From Candidatus Omnitrophota bacterium (lineage in GTDB: Bacteria; Omnitrophota; Gorgyraeia; Velamenicoccales; JABMQK01), in contig JAQTSV010000001.1 of NCBI GenBank assembly GCA_028711115.1, forward strand, positions 1,432,928 through 1,496,927: a stretch of DNA of 64,000 nt, read 5' to 3'. Both the position numbers and the translations under genes were made by a program. The notes under the pieces were generated by a model that saw nothing but the letters and a program-made list of their open reading frames with translations, was not told the DNA's origin and searched no databases. Of this stretch, positions 1 through 9,629 are shown one piece after another; the first letter of the stretch is position 1, and each line of letters starts with the position of its first letter.

Positions 1-1110
1 AAAGTGTTCCAAAAGATAATCGATATCTTCTGGCTGGGTGAATCTGCCTATGGTAAAACGCATTGAACCATGGCACAATTCATGAGGACGGCCAATCGCC
101 AGTAAAACATGAGACGGTTCCAGGTCCCCGGAAGTACAAGCCGAACCTGTGGAAGCAGCAATGCCTACCATATCTAAATTTAGCAGCATGGCTTCGCCTT
201 CGATATATTCCACAGAAAAATTAACATTGTTAGGAAGCCTGTTTTGCCGGTGGCCGTTTAAATAAAGATGTTCTATTTTATCCTCCAATCCCTTGATTAG
301 GCGATCCCGCATTACAATCTGTTCTTTTGCTTCTTTGGCCATTTTATCTTTGCATAATTCAATGGCCTTGCCCAAACCTACGATGCCAGGCACATTTTCT
401 GTGGAAGCCCGACGATGTTTTTCCTGACCGCCGCCACGTAAGAATGGAACAATTTTAGTACCCTTTCTTACATATAGCGCACCCACGCCTTTGGGGCCGT
501 AAAATTTATGCGCTGACAGACTTAACAAATCCACCCCCAGTTCATCAACATTAACAGGAATATGGCCGACAGTCTGGACAGCGTCAGAATGAAAATATAT
601 GCCTTTTTCTTTGCTGATTTTGGCTATCTCTTTTATGGGCTGGATTGTGCCGATTTCATTATTGGCATGCATAATGGAAATTAAAATAGTTTTATCCGTA
701 ATTGCGCTTTTAATATCTTCCGGAGAAACCATACCGAACTCATCAACTTTTACATAAGTTACTTTAAAACCCCTGCTCTCCAAAAATTTCAGTGGTTCTA
801 AAATAGCGTGGTGTTCAATGGCTGAGGTGATGATATGGTTTCCTTTTTTCTCATTGGCGTAGGCAATACCTTCCAGTGCAAAATTATTTGACTCTGTGCC
901 GCCGGAAGTAAATATGATTTCTTCCTCTTTTGCGCCTAAGAACTCTGCCAATTTAGAACGTGCCTCCTCCATGGCCTTTCTTGCCTGCTGGCCAAAATAA
1001 TGCAAACTCGAGGGGTTGCCGAATTTGTCGTAAAAATACGGCTGCATTGCCTCTATAACTTCCGGGTCGGCAGGCGTTGTCCCTGCATAATCAAAGTAAT
1101 AACGTTTCAT
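1..1110 (-). CDS. nifS: Cysteine desulfurase (NifS/IscS, class V aminotransferase); C-terminus runs off the left edge
   Basis: Absent from the ORF track because it is edge-truncated. My minus-strand translation from the ATG at 1108-1110 reads MKRYYFDYAGTTPADPEVIEAMQPYF... It contains the PLP-lysine motif SAHKFYGPKG (about 490-520) and the active-site loop STGSACTSG (about 125-155). Confidence 0.85.
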   Translation of the reverse strand, partial: MKRYYFDYAGTTPADPEVIEAMQPYFYDKFGNPSSLHYFGQQARKAMEEARSKLAEFLGAKEEEIIFTSGGTESNNFALEGIAYANEKKGNHIITSAIEHHAILEPLKFLESRGFKVTYVKVDEFGMVSPEDIKSAITDKTILISIMHANNEIGTIQPIKEIAKISKEKGIYFHSDAVQTVGHIPVNVDELGVDLLSLSAHKFYGPKGVGALYVRKGTKIVPFLRGGGQEKHRRASTENVPGIVGLGKAIELCKDKMAKEAKEQIVMRDRLIKGLEDKIEHLYLNGHRQNRLPNNVNFSVEYIEGEAMLLNLDMVGIAASTGSACTSGDLEPSHVLLAIGRPHELCHGSMRFTIGRFTQPEDIDYLLEHF

Positions 1111-1113
1111 ACT

Positions 1114-1911
1114 TCACTCTCCATTCATACTGCCTGTGCGATATCCTTCTAAATCCACAGTGATATATTTAAAGCCGAGCCGCTTAAACCTCATCATATA
1201 GCCATTTGCTTTAATCAGTAAAGGTATATTGGGTTTATCCACTTCAATTCTTGCTAATTCGCCGTAATCCCTTACCCTAATATTACCATTTATGCCTAAA
1301 TTTTCCTTTAGAAAATTCTCGGCTTTCTCTATTCTTTCCAAACGCCCCTTGGTAATCTTGCTACCATATTGTATCCGTGAAGCCAGACACGCCATCTGCG
1401 GTTTGTCCCAACTAGGCAAATTAAATCTTCTGCTCAAAGAACGGATTTCCTCTTTGGCTATACCAGCTTCGTCTAAAGGCGAACGTACTTTAAGTTCTTT
1501 TTTTGCCTTTGCGCCCGGACGAAAATCAAATCTGTCGTCGGAATTTGTGGCGTCAATTACATTTTTTATGCTATTTTTTCTGGCGATTTCTTTTAACCTT
1601 GTGAATAACTCTTTTTTACAAAAATAACAACGGTCTTTGGAATTTGAGTTAAAGTTTTTATTTTCTAATTCATGGGTATTGATTATCTTATGTTTAATGT
1701 TAAATTGTCTGCAAAATTTGCTGGCAAATTCCAGTTCTTTTCTTGTATAAGTCTCGGATACAGCCGTAACTGCAAGCACTTTTTCGTCTAAACAATCCTT
1801 TGCTATTTTAAGCAGGAAACTGCTGTCTAATCCTCCGGAATAAGCCACCAATACCGACTCCATATTGCTGATAATATTCTTTAGAAGAATTAGTTTTTTG
1901 TCCGTAGACAT
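1114..1911 (-). CDS. larE: LarE-type ATP-dependent sulfur transferase (PP-loop ATP pyrophosphatase)
   Basis: 265 aa. N-terminal PP-loop AYSGGLDSS and conserved Cys loop PQMACLASRIQYG, typical of the LarE/TIGR00268 family. The stop lies 3 nt from the nifS start. Confidence 0.7.
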   Translation of the reverse strand: MSTDKKLILLKNIISNMESVLVAYSGGLDSSFLLKIAKDCLDEKVLAVTAVSETYTRKELEFASKFCRQFNIKHKIINTHELENKNFNSNSKDRCYFCKKELFTRLKEIARKNSIKNVIDATNSDDRFDFRPGAKAKKELKVRSPLDEAGIAKEEIRSLSRRFNLPSWDKPQMACLASRIQYGSKITKGRLERIEKAENFLKENLGINGNIRVRDYGELARIEVDKPNIPLLIKANGYMMRFKRLGFKYITVDLEGYRTGSMNGE

Positions 1912-1940
1912 ATTTATATAGACTGCTGCCTTATTTTAAT

Positions 1941-2171
1941 CTATGCAGATACAACTTGTTTAACTTCGGGAACGCGCTGCTTGAGCATCTTTTCGATTCC
2001 CATCTTTAAAGTCATCTGCGACATGGGACAACATCCGCATGCACCGGTGAGTTTCACGGTTACCGTGCCGTCCTTAGTAACGCTAACGAGTTCCACATCT
2101 CCGCCATCAGCCTGCAAAGAACCCCTTATTTCCTTTAATACCTCTTCCACTTTATTTTTTAAATCTGCCAT
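1941..2171 (-). CDS. NifU C-terminal (Nfu-type) Fe-S cluster carrier domain protein
   Basis: 76 aa. GGDVELV...VKLTGACGCCPMSQMTLKMGIE carries the Nfu CxxC signature. Confidence 0.75.
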   Translation of the reverse strand: MADLKNKVEEVLKEIRGSLQADGGDVELVSVTKDGTVTVKLTGACGCCPMSQMTLKMGIEKMLKQRVPEVKQVVSA

Positions 2172-2293
2172 GATTAAAACCTCCTTTAATGATTATACAG
2201 CCTCTGTTTGTAATAATATAAAAATAAAGACATATTCGAGCGGCTGCTTTAAAAATCTAAAGTAACCGCTCTTTTAGTAAAATTAACGAAAGT

Positions 2294-2344
2294 TTACTTT
2301 CTTTTTTTCTTCTTCTTTTTCGTCCCGCATCTTCCGCAACTCAT
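2294..2344 (-). CDS. Candidate micro-ORF, 16 aa, MSCGRCGTKKKKKKRK (CxxC plus poly-Lys tail)
   Basis: Below the track size cutoff. The minus strand reads GGAGGcagatATG, a strong Shine-Dalgarno with 5-nt spacing, followed by 16 codons and TAA. It sits between the TrxB-like and Nfu genes. Confidence 0.3.
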   Translation of the reverse strand: MSCGRCGTKKKKKKRK

Positions 2345-2381
2345 ATCTGCCTCCTTTTTGGTTTTTCTATAATAAAATAAT

Positions 2382-3284
2382 TTATTTATGCGTAGCTAAA
2401 TACCGAAAAGCGCTAAGCGCAGCCTTCGCCCCTTCTCCCGCCGCAATAATAATCTGTTTTTCCGGTATGTTAGTTACGTCTCCTGCTGCAAAGATGCCTG
2501 CAATATTGGTCTCATTATAAGAATTTACCTTGATTTCTCCGTTTTCATTTCTCTCTAATTCTTTAGTAAATTCTGAATTAGGGATAAGGCCTATTTCCAC
2601 AAAAATACCCTGTACCGCTAAAGTTTCTTCTTTATTTTGTTTCTTTATTTTAATAGCTGTAACCATTCTATCGCCAATAATAGCTGTTACCTTGGTATTG
2701 TTTAATATGGATACCTTGGCATTATTAGTTACCTTGTCCTTCATTACGGCATCGCCACCCAATTCTGCTGTAACATTAATAAGATAAATATGCCTTGCTA
2801 TATTTATTAATTGCAAAGTTGCATCTAATGCTGAGTTTCCTCCGCCGATTACAGCTACATCTTTTTCGGCAAATAAAGGTCCATCGCAAGTAGCGCAATA
2901 AGTAAGACCTCTGTTTTTAAATTCTTCTTCTCCCGGTACGCTGAGCTCTTTCGATCTCTTGCCCGAGGCTATTATCGCTGTCTTTGTTTGGTATGCGCTT
3001 CTATTCGTATTGACAAATATCTCGTTATTTTTTCTGATAATCTCTTTTACTTCTTCATTTTCTTTCAATTGAATATTATATTTTCGCATGTGTTCTTCAA
3101 ACTTAATTGCTAATTCCGGACCGGTTATGAATTGATATCCGGTATAATTTTCTATATCTCCGCTCCAGGCTGCCTGACCGCCGATGTCTTTAGTAATGAC
3201 TAAAACGTTCATTCTTTTGCGTACGGCATACACACTGGCAGTTATACCAGCTGGACCAGCTCCGATAATAATCAAATCCCACAT
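2382..3284 (-). CDS. trxB: Thioredoxin-reductase-like FAD-dependent pyridine nucleotide-disulfide oxidoreductase
   Basis: 300 aa. FAD motif IIGAGPAG, redox-active CATCDG, second dinucleotide motif VIGGGNSA, C-terminal GIFAAGD. Confidence 0.75.
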   Translation of the reverse strand: MWDLIIIGAGPAGITASVYAVRKRMNVLVITKDIGGQAAWSGDIENYTGYQFITGPELAIKFEEHMRKYNIQLKENEEVKEIIRKNNEIFVNTNRSAYQTKTAIIASGKRSKELSVPGEEEFKNRGLTYCATCDGPLFAEKDVAVIGGGNSALDATLQLINIARHIYLINVTAELGGDAVMKDKVTNNAKVSILNNTKVTAIIGDRMVTAIKIKKQNKEETLAVQGIFVEIGLIPNSEFTKELERNENGEIKVNSYNETNIAGIFAAGDVTNIPEKQIIIAAGEGAKAALSAFRYLATHK

Positions 3285-3312
3285 AAGCTTCTTAAAGTTA
3301 ATTTATTTCAAA

Positions 3313-3789
3313 CTATAGCTCTTTCTTTAAGCCGGACAACTGTTTCAAATGATTCTTTTCCTGTGCAATCAGGCTATCAATTACCTTATGTTCGTATTCC
3401 CGTACTACCTTTTTCATGCCTTCATAAAAAGTAATGGAATCTTTTTCAAAACCTATACCCAAATCCACCGCCTGCTTATCGCCTTTTGCGTCTTTTGCTA
3501 TACGGCTGCCTTGATTTTTCTGGGTAAACACATATTCATTGGACAGGGCATTCATATACGAAAAATATTCGCCAGGATACGACTCTGTAGACTCATTTTT
3601 TTCCGTACTGTCCAGAATCTTTCGAAAAACAGCAATATGCCTTTCTTCTTCGCCTGCCAAAAATTTGAAAATTTCTTCGGCTTTCTTGCTTTTGGTCCTC
3701 TCCAACAAGGTTTTGTAAAAATCCCTGCCGTTTTCCTCTATCCTTATCCCGATTTCCACTATTTCGCTCGCCGTAAATACGCCGGGCAT
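3313..3789 (-). CDS. Rubrerythrin/ferritin-like diiron protein
   Basis: 158 aa. Two ExxH motifs (GEEERHIA, AQEKNHLK) in a four-helix-bundle-like sequence. Confidence 0.6.
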   Translation of the reverse strand: MPGVFTASEIVEIGIRIEENGRDFYKTLLERTKSKKAEEIFKFLAGEEERHIAVFRKILDSTEKNESTESYPGEYFSYMNALSNEYVFTQKNQGSRIAKDAKGDKQAVDLGIGFEKDSITFYEGMKKVVREYEHKVIDSLIAQEKNHLKQLSGLKKEL

Positions 3790-3801
3790 AATTATTGCCT
3801 C

Positions 3802-4236
3802 CTATATATTCTCTTCGCCAATCCAGGCTCCATGTATATTGCACAGTTCAACCACAGAAAGTTTCCCTGATACTGCCTTAAAGTGCAACGCACCTGCGGG
3901 ATGCAGTTTCTCGGGAGTCAGTATTATCCTGGAGATAAACTCATTATCCAAATAAAAATCAAGATGCATAATATGATGTTCCGGCAACGTAGGGTGCTCG
4001 ACGCTGCCTATCTTGACATGCACATCTGTGCAGCCTTCGCCAAGCAAACCACATTTTCTTTCCATGACTATTACCGGCGTATGTTTTTCCGATAATTTCA
4101 CTTCGTCTTTCGCAGTCTTTATGGCATTCTGATTTTCTACAAAAGATGTCTTAGGTGCACCGCATACAGGACATTTATCTGGCGCGCTGCCATTTATAGA
4201 TACAAAACCACAAACCTTGCATACAAAACCTTTCAT
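3802..4236 (-). CDS. Superoxide reductase (desulfoferrodoxin/neelaredoxin family) with N-terminal rubredoxin-like zinc ribbon
   Basis: N-terminal CKVCG...CPVCG. SOR centre-II signatures are EKHTPVI, HPTLPEHHIMH and CNIHGAW. The start was moved to M13 (MKGFVCK) because AAAGGAGGtaaatATG precedes it. Confidence 0.7.
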   Translation of the reverse strand: MKGFVCKVCGFVSINGSAPDKCPVCGAPKTSFVENQNAIKTAKDEVKLSEKHTPVIVMERKCGLLGEGCTDVHVKIGSVEHPTLPEHHIMHLDFYLDNEFISRIILTPEKLHPAGALHFKAVSGKLSVVELCNIHGAWIGEENI

Positions 4237-4276
4237 ATTTACCTCCTTTGTTAAAATATTTGAGTTAAACAATAAC

Positions 4277-4738
4277 CTATTTTAATCTTCGCGGAGTAAG
4301 ATTAACTATTTCCTCTACCTTCAGAGAGATAAGGTATTGCGGCCGGGGTAAGAGTATTTCTGGATGACGAGAATGCCCCTTTTCTCCACGAACATTCTTA
4401 AGAACTCTCTGGGTTATTCTACTTGTAATCCTATCTTCCCAAGCCTTCAAAAGATCGGGTTTGATTCTGTCTTTACCTATTAATTCCGCCTTACCTTTCA
4501 GGCAATAACCTATAAATTTATGTTCATCGACGGCTGTAATGCTTATTCTAGGACTGCGCTTTAAGTTTTGAGAAGTCCTTGCCTTATAAACATCCAATAA
4601 ATAAACTCTGCCATCTGGTTCTAACCTGACTATGCCTTTACAGGAATTATGCGGAGTCCCGTTTTTATCAATGGTAGAAACAATAACAAAACTTTGATTC
4701 TGAAAAAAATTAACTATTTTTTGAGTTAATTTAGCCAT
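4277..4738 (-). CDS. Pyridoxamine 5'-phosphate oxidase-like FMN-binding split-barrel protein
   Basis: 153 aa. The N-terminal FVIVSTIDKNGTPHNS...VYLLD pattern is typical of the PNPOx-like family. Confidence 0.5.
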   Translation of the reverse strand: MAKLTQKIVNFFQNQSFVIVSTIDKNGTPHNSCKGIVRLEPDGRVYLLDVYKARTSQNLKRSPRISITAVDEHKFIGYCLKGKAELIGKDRIKPDLLKAWEDRITSRITQRVLKNVRGEKGHSRHPEILLPRPQYLISLKVEEIVNLTPRRLK

Positions 4739-4889
4739 AAAATTTCAAGAAAACTTCGTGAAGCAAACCTAAATTCTTCTAATCAGGAATAAATTTAGAC
4801 CCTGTCTTCATCGAAGAAAAATAAGAAGTTAACGCAAAAATAATTTGGGATTGCCGAATCTAGAATATATTTAAATTATCTCTCTTGCG

Positions 4890-5366
4890 TTATCCTTTGA
4901 GATTTTCAAACATTTCTTCGTGAGTTATTTCCTCGCCAAGTATATGCGTAACCAGCTGATACGTATCGTGGTCTTTGCCGAATGTCTTCTTGGCAATCTT
5001 GTCATAGACCTCGATGGCACCGGCTTCTGCAGCTGCAACTATCTTCATAATCTCAGCATAATCCGCAAGCTTTTTCATAACCCCAGGATATGCAGCATTG
5101 GCATTGCCTTCTAATTTAGAAGGCGCATTCGTGGGCAGTCCGCCTAACTCGATAATTCTTTCTGCTACTTCTCCGGCATGCTCGAGTTCGTCTTTTGCTA
5201 TCTTATTTAGAAACTCAGCCATATCTTCGTATCCTAGTCCTTCTACTGCCTGGGCCATATACCAATATGCGTAAAATGCAAGCCACTCATCACAATATGC
5301 CCTGTCCAAATCCTTAATGAGATCTTTTAAATCCACGCCTGCGATTTCTCTCGCTTTCTTTCCCAT
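4890..5366 (-). CDS. Ferritin/Dps-like (DpsL/bacterioferritin-type) diiron protein
   Basis: 158 aa. Ferroxidase-type ExxH motifs KDELEHAG and GEEITHEE. Confidence 0.6.
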   Translation of the reverse strand: MGKKAREIAGVDLKDLIKDLDRAYCDEWLAFYAYWYMAQAVEGLGYEDMAEFLNKIAKDELEHAGEVAERIIELGGLPTNAPSKLEGNANAAYPGVMKKLADYAEIMKIVAAAEAGAIEVYDKIAKKTFGKDHDTYQLVTHILGEEITHEEMFENLKG

Positions 5367-5499
5367 TTCCTACCTCCTTATTTGTTTGGGGTTTATCTTT
5401 GGTTTAATTTGCTCATTATGTTAGATTATACTATCTGCATCCATATTGTTTCTTTGTTATTATCCACTCACCTCCTTTAAGGCTATACTGGTATTATTT

Positions 5500-5661
5500 C
5501 TATTCGATCTTTTCAAAATTATCTTTACTCACGCCGCATTCAGGGCACACCCAGTCACCGGGCAAATCTGCAAAAGCAGTGCCAGGCTTTATTCCATTGT
5601 CAGGATCGCCAATTGCTGGATCATACACATAACCACAGACTATACAACGATACTTATCCAT
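5500..5661 (-). CDS. rub: Rubredoxin
   Basis: Not in the track (53 aa). My translation is [53 protein letters not shown]. It has the two canonical CxxCG knuckles and the conserved DLPDDW-like segment. Confidence 0.9.
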   Translation of the reverse strand: MDKYRCIVCGYVYDPAIGDPDNGIKPGTAFADLPGDWVCPECGVSKDNFEKIE

Positions 5662-5675
5662 ATTTTATCCCCCGT

Positions 5676-5861
5676 TTACTCAGTTTTCAATTCGCTAATC
5701 TTTTTCTCAATTAAATTTCTGTGTTTTTGTTCTTCATTTGCTAAAAATAAGAAAATATCCTTGGCTGCTGCAAATTCTCTATAAAATTTCTGATATAATT
5801 CTATGGCTTCTTTTTCCTTAGACAATGCTAACTCTAATGCCTCTACCGGTCCCATTTGCAT
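5676..5861 (-). CDS. Small ferritin-like/rubrerythrin-like helical protein (single ExxH)
   Basis: 61 aa. EALELALSKEKEAIELY...LANEEQKHRNLIE resembles half of a diiron four-helix bundle. Confidence 0.4.
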   Translation of the reverse strand: MQMGPVEALELALSKEKEAIELYQKFYREFAAAKDIFLFLANEEQKHRNLIEKKISELKTE

Positions 5862-5874
5862 CTCCTCCTTGATA

Positions 5875-7065
5875 TTACTTATTAATTATTCTGGCAAAGC
5901 TCTTGCCATATTCATAACAACTTTTAAGTTCATTGCCGTCGGGGACGTATCTGACAGAAAGCGAAGGCTGGGCTATTTCTATGCCTGCCTCTTTTAAGGT
6001 ATCTTCTATATTTTTTACTGCGCCTCCTGCCCAGCCATACGAACCAAACACGGCTGCAATTCTTTCTTTGGGCTTCAACCCTTTTAAAAAGTGTAAAAAA
6101 CCCGCCATATTGGGAAGCATATCGTTATCATGCGTGGAAGAACCGATAATATAACCCTTGCTGTCCAGCATCTCTTTTATGATTTCTGTGCGGTCAGATT
6201 GAGTTACGTCAAAAAGTTTCACATTCAGTCCTGCATCTGTAATTCCTTCGACTATTTTTCTGGCCATCTTTTCTGTGGCCTGCCACATTGTTTCATATAT
6301 GACCGCGACTTTCGGTTTTGTTTCATTTTTTGCCCAGCTCAAATAGGCATTTACTATTTTCATGGGATCTTTGCGCCAAATGATTCCGTGGCTGGGTGCA
6401 ATAATCTTAATAGGAATATTCGCTTTTATGAGCTCCTGAATCTTTTTTAAAACCAGGGGGCTTAACGGCCAAAGTATATTGCCATAGTATTTCGCTGCCT
6501 CCTCCATAAGCGCATATCCGTCGACTTCGTCATCGAACCTCTGGTTCGTCGCATAGTGCTGGCCAAAGGCATCGTTAGGCAGAAGAATCTGGTCTTCTAT
6601 CAAATAGCTGAACATGCTGTCTGGCCAATGCAGCATCGGCGCCTCATTAAAAGTCAAAGTCTTTTTGCCTAATTTTAATTTATCGCCGGTTTTTACGACC
6701 TGAAAATCCCAGTTGCCATAGTAGTGTTTATCCAATCCCTCTTTGCATTTAGCCGTGCCAAAAACCTTTGCCTTGGGGCATAATTTAAGTATAGCGGGCA
6801 ATGCGCCTGAATGGTCTGTCTCCACATGATTGGCAATAATATAATCAATCTTTTCTGGGACAATTATTTGTTTTATATTCTCAATCATCTCAGCTGCAAA
6901 AGGCCCGTAAACGGTATCCACTAACGCAACTTTATCGTCTATAATTAGGTAGGCATTGTAAGTTGTACCTCTGCTCGTAGAATAAGTATGGCCGTGAAAA
7001 TTTCTCACATTCCAATCCACAGCTCCCACCCAATAAACATCCGGAATTACTTTTAGAGCAGACAT
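5875..7065 (-). CDS. fprA: Flavodiiron protein (A-type flavoprotein, O2/NO reductase)
   Basis: 396 aa. Metallo-beta-lactamase-like domain with diiron motif NHVETDHSGA, followed by a C-terminal flavodoxin-like domain (VAVIYETMWQATEKMA...). Confidence 0.85.
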   Translation of the reverse strand: MSALKVIPDVYWVGAVDWNVRNFHGHTYSTSRGTTYNAYLIIDDKVALVDTVYGPFAAEMIENIKQIIVPEKIDYIIANHVETDHSGALPAILKLCPKAKVFGTAKCKEGLDKHYYGNWDFQVVKTGDKLKLGKKTLTFNEAPMLHWPDSMFSYLIEDQILLPNDAFGQHYATNQRFDDEVDGYALMEEAAKYYGNILWPLSPLVLKKIQELIKANIPIKIIAPSHGIIWRKDPMKIVNAYLSWAKNETKPKVAVIYETMWQATEKMARKIVEGITDAGLNVKLFDVTQSDRTEIIKEMLDSKGYIIGSSTHDNDMLPNMAGFLHFLKGLKPKERIAAVFGSYGWAGGAVKNIEDTLKEAGIEIAQPSLSVRYVPDGNELKSCYEYGKSFARIINK

Positions 7066-7159
7066 AACTTTCTCCTATGTTTTAAACTTTATCAAAATCT
7101 TTATTTAAGGTAATATTATACCTCAAAAATGCTTAATAAGACTATTTAAAAATATGCTG

Positions 7160-7864
7160 CTAATAACCGATAAAATTCTCGGTCTTTACATTTTCTTTAT
7201 TAAAACCCGCCTCTAAACATAAATTTTTCATCGCCTCTACCATCTTGGGAGGGCCAAAAATAAAAAATATCCTCTCATCTAAAGCCTTGAATTTCTCCGT
7301 CAATAAATCTTTATTTATCTGTCCGAAGATACAGCGTTTATCTTTGGGCTCGCATTCAGTAACTGTATAAAATACCTTTATATTGCTGTTTGCGGATGCC
7401 CATAGGTCTAATTCTTTTCGAAAAGCGATGTCTTCTTCTGTTTTATTGGAATAAAGCAATGTAACATCTGTGTCCAATTTCTTATCCATTATATATTCGA
7501 TAATAGAAATTACCGGTGTTATGCCTATGCCGCCGATTAGAAATCCTATTTTCTTATACTCGTCTTTGAAAACGCAGCTGCCCAAAGGCGCCTTGAATAA
7601 AATCTCGTCGCCTTCCTCTAAATTCTTCAATCTCTGCGAGAATTGGCTGGCACTCAATCTCTTGGTTACCTCGATATAATCTTTTGTGGGAGAAGAAGAA
7701 AAAGAAAGATACTTATTTAACTCCTGATTGGACACATTGGTTTCATCAAAGATAATTTGTAAAAACTGTCCGGCTGTAAACTGTATCTTTTCCTCAGGAA
7801 GAAACCTAAAGCTCTCTATGCCGGCAGTCCTTTTTATCCTTTCGGTTAATTTTCCTCTTGCCAT
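7160..7864 (-). CDS. Ferredoxin-NADP reductase-like FAD/NAD(P)-binding oxidoreductase
   Basis: 234 aa. FAD-binding RxYS-like KYLSFSSSP and NAD-binding GGIGITPV, with FNR-like module order. Confidence 0.65.
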   Translation of the reverse strand: MARGKLTERIKRTAGIESFRFLPEEKIQFTAGQFLQIIFDETNVSNQELNKYLSFSSSPTKDYIEVTKRLSASQFSQRLKNLEEGDEILFKAPLGSCVFKDEYKKIGFLIGGIGITPVISIIEYIMDKKLDTDVTLLYSNKTEEDIAFRKELDLWASANSNIKVFYTVTECEPKDKRCIFGQINKDLLTEKFKALDERIFFIFGPPKMVEAMKNLCLEAGFNKENVKTENFIGY

Positions 7865-7886
7865 CTGAAATCCGCCTAGTTTTATC

Positions 7887-8438
7887 TTAAATATTATGCG
7901 CTACAAATTCGGCTAAAACCACAATATCTTCTGTGCTAAAAATATCCTTTATGCTTCTGTCAAAAAGTACATTAACCTCGGTTCCGAATTCCTCGTCCGC
8001 TCTCCATAATTCAATCAGCATAGGCACTTTCTCAAATATTTCCAAAACCACACTAACATCTGCCAAGTCAGCTTTTTGAGCCTTAAAACGTTTGGTTAAT
8101 TCTAAAAGCGCATCCGGATTTGCGCTATATTTTCTAGCGATTGTCCCGATGACACGCTTCTTAAATGTAGGATAATAACCCTGGCCGCCTTCCAATTGCC
8201 TGAAGGTAATCCACTCCCCGCTTAAAGAAGGCAATCCTTTAAATTTCTGAATAAGATAGTGCAATATCAAAATACTGAGATATTCTTTTGCGGGTACATT
8301 ACAGGATAAAGACAAAACACCTCTATTTTCCAGATTAACGCTGTATTCGTCAGCTAAAAATCTTACTGATAAACTTTTATCATTTGTAAGATTACTTAGT
8401 TCTGACCATGCCTTGGAAAGCGCAACTTCATATGTCAT
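7887..8438 (-). CDS. Hypothetical protein (DUF3786-like?)
   Basis: ORF 7887..8471. The start was placed at M12 (MTYEVAL), which is preceded by AAGAGGA. I found no catalytic motif. Family assignment is from memory only. Confidence 0.3.
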   Translation of the reverse strand: MTYEVALSKAWSELSNLTNDKSLSVRFLADEYSVNLENRGVLSLSCNVPAKEYLSILILHYLIQKFKGLPSLSGEWITFRQLEGGQGYYPTFKKRVIGTIARKYSANPDALLELTKRFKAQKADLADVSVVLEIFEKVPMLIELWRADEEFGTEVNVLFDRSIKDIFSTEDIVVLAEFVAHNI

Positions 8439-8511
8439 ATTATATCCTCTTATATTAGCCAAACCTGGCAATCCAGCGATTACTTATTAATCCCACAGAC
8501 AATTATTATTG

Positions 8512-8790
8512 TCAAGTTTTATTATCAACCTCTATGGTAACTTTGTCCTGGCCAATGTGTTTATTGTTCAGGTATTTTTCGTACAGTTGTCCGCCAACGC
8601 ATTCTTTGGCAAATTTACACCAATCCAGACAGCTCTGTGTTTGTTCGCGGGTGAGAATTTCTCCGCAGCTGGGGCAGACTGCCTTGACTTCATCTGTCCA
8701 AATCTCCACCTCGCCACAACAAAATGAACATTTAATAATTTCCGGCTGTGGTTGTTTAAATAATTTTGCGCCTGGGCATTCGAAAATCAC
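8512..8790 (-). CDS. Small cysteine-rich (zinc-ribbon-like) protein
   Basis: 92 aa with CPG...CSFCC...CPSCG...C..WC...C. It overlaps the upstream gene by 4 nt, which suggests coupled translation. Confidence 0.45.
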   Translation of the reverse strand: MIFECPGAKLFKQPQPEIIKCSFCCGEVEIWTDEVKAVCPSCGEILTREQTQSCLDWCKFAKECVGGQLYEKYLNNKHIGQDKVTIEVDNKT

Positions 8791-9623
8791 TTTAGTCTCT
8801 CTCCTTTCATGCTTATAACTACTTCCTGAAACGGAATTTCCTTATTACAAGAATCAATCGCTGATTTAATAATATTTACAAATCCAAAACAGCATGGCAC
8901 TTCCATATGGGCATACGTTACAGATTTTATGTCATTCTCCTTAAAAATCTGAGTAATTTTTTCTTTGTAAACCTCGATGTCGTCCAATTTAGGACAACCT
9001 ACTAATAAAACTTTGCCTTTTAATAAATCGCTGTGAAAGTCTGCATAAGCAAAAGGGACACAATCGGCAGCAATCAATAAATCAGAATTATTTAAATAAG
9101 AAGCTGCTGTTGGAACAAGCATAATCTGCACAGGCCATTGCCGAAGTTCGGACCGGCTGGGAATAGTTTTTTCTGTTTGTTTTTCGCTCTTTTTCTCGGG
9201 GCGAAAATCTTTAACCATTGTGCCTGGGCACCCGCAAGGCAAAGGACCTTGGACAGAAGAAATTATTTCTTTTGGCACGTCGATATTATTTTCTTTTAAA
9301 AATTCAATGGCTTGATTAAAATATCTGGTCTGACTGTGTTCTTTAAGGTGTTTTAGATGGGCTATAATGACATTTTTCCCTTGTTTTGCGATATTTGCCA
9401 TAACTTTTCTTTCGTCGTATTCTTCTGCTTCGCGTTCTTCGATTGTAATGGCACCCTCGGGGCAGTGGCCGATACAGGCGCCCAGTCCGTCGCAGAATAA
9501 ATCGCTAATAAGCCGGGCTTTACCATCTATCATCTGCATTGCTCCCTCGGGACAGTTAGGAATGCACAAACCGCATCCTGTGCATTTATCATCATTAATC
9601 TTAATTATCTTTCTCTTTGCCAT
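8787..9623 (-). CDS. 4Fe-4S dicluster ferredoxin-domain protein with uncharacterised C-terminal domain
   Basis: 278 aa. CTGCGLCIPNCP and CDGLGACIGHCP cluster motifs. The C-terminal half is Cys-containing and unassigned. Confidence 0.65.
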   Translation of the reverse strand: MAKRKIIKINDDKCTGCGLCIPNCPEGAMQMIDGKARLISDLFCDGLGACIGHCPEGAITIEEREAEEYDERKVMANIAKQGKNVIIAHLKHLKEHSQTRYFNQAIEFLKENNIDVPKEIISSVQGPLPCGCPGTMVKDFRPEKKSEKQTEKTIPSRSELRQWPVQIMLVPTAASYLNNSDLLIAADCVPFAYADFHSDLLKGKVLLVGCPKLDDIEVYKEKITQIFKENDIKSVTYAHMEVPCCFGFVNIIKSAIDSCNKEIPFQEVVISMKGERLK

Positions 9624-9629
9624 ATATTG

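Noticed and set aside
2230-2275. The GAGCGG...CCGCTC inverted repeat as a terminator.
   Set aside because: It is a 6-bp stem with a 22-nt loop. The U-run is only on the plus strand, where no gene ends.
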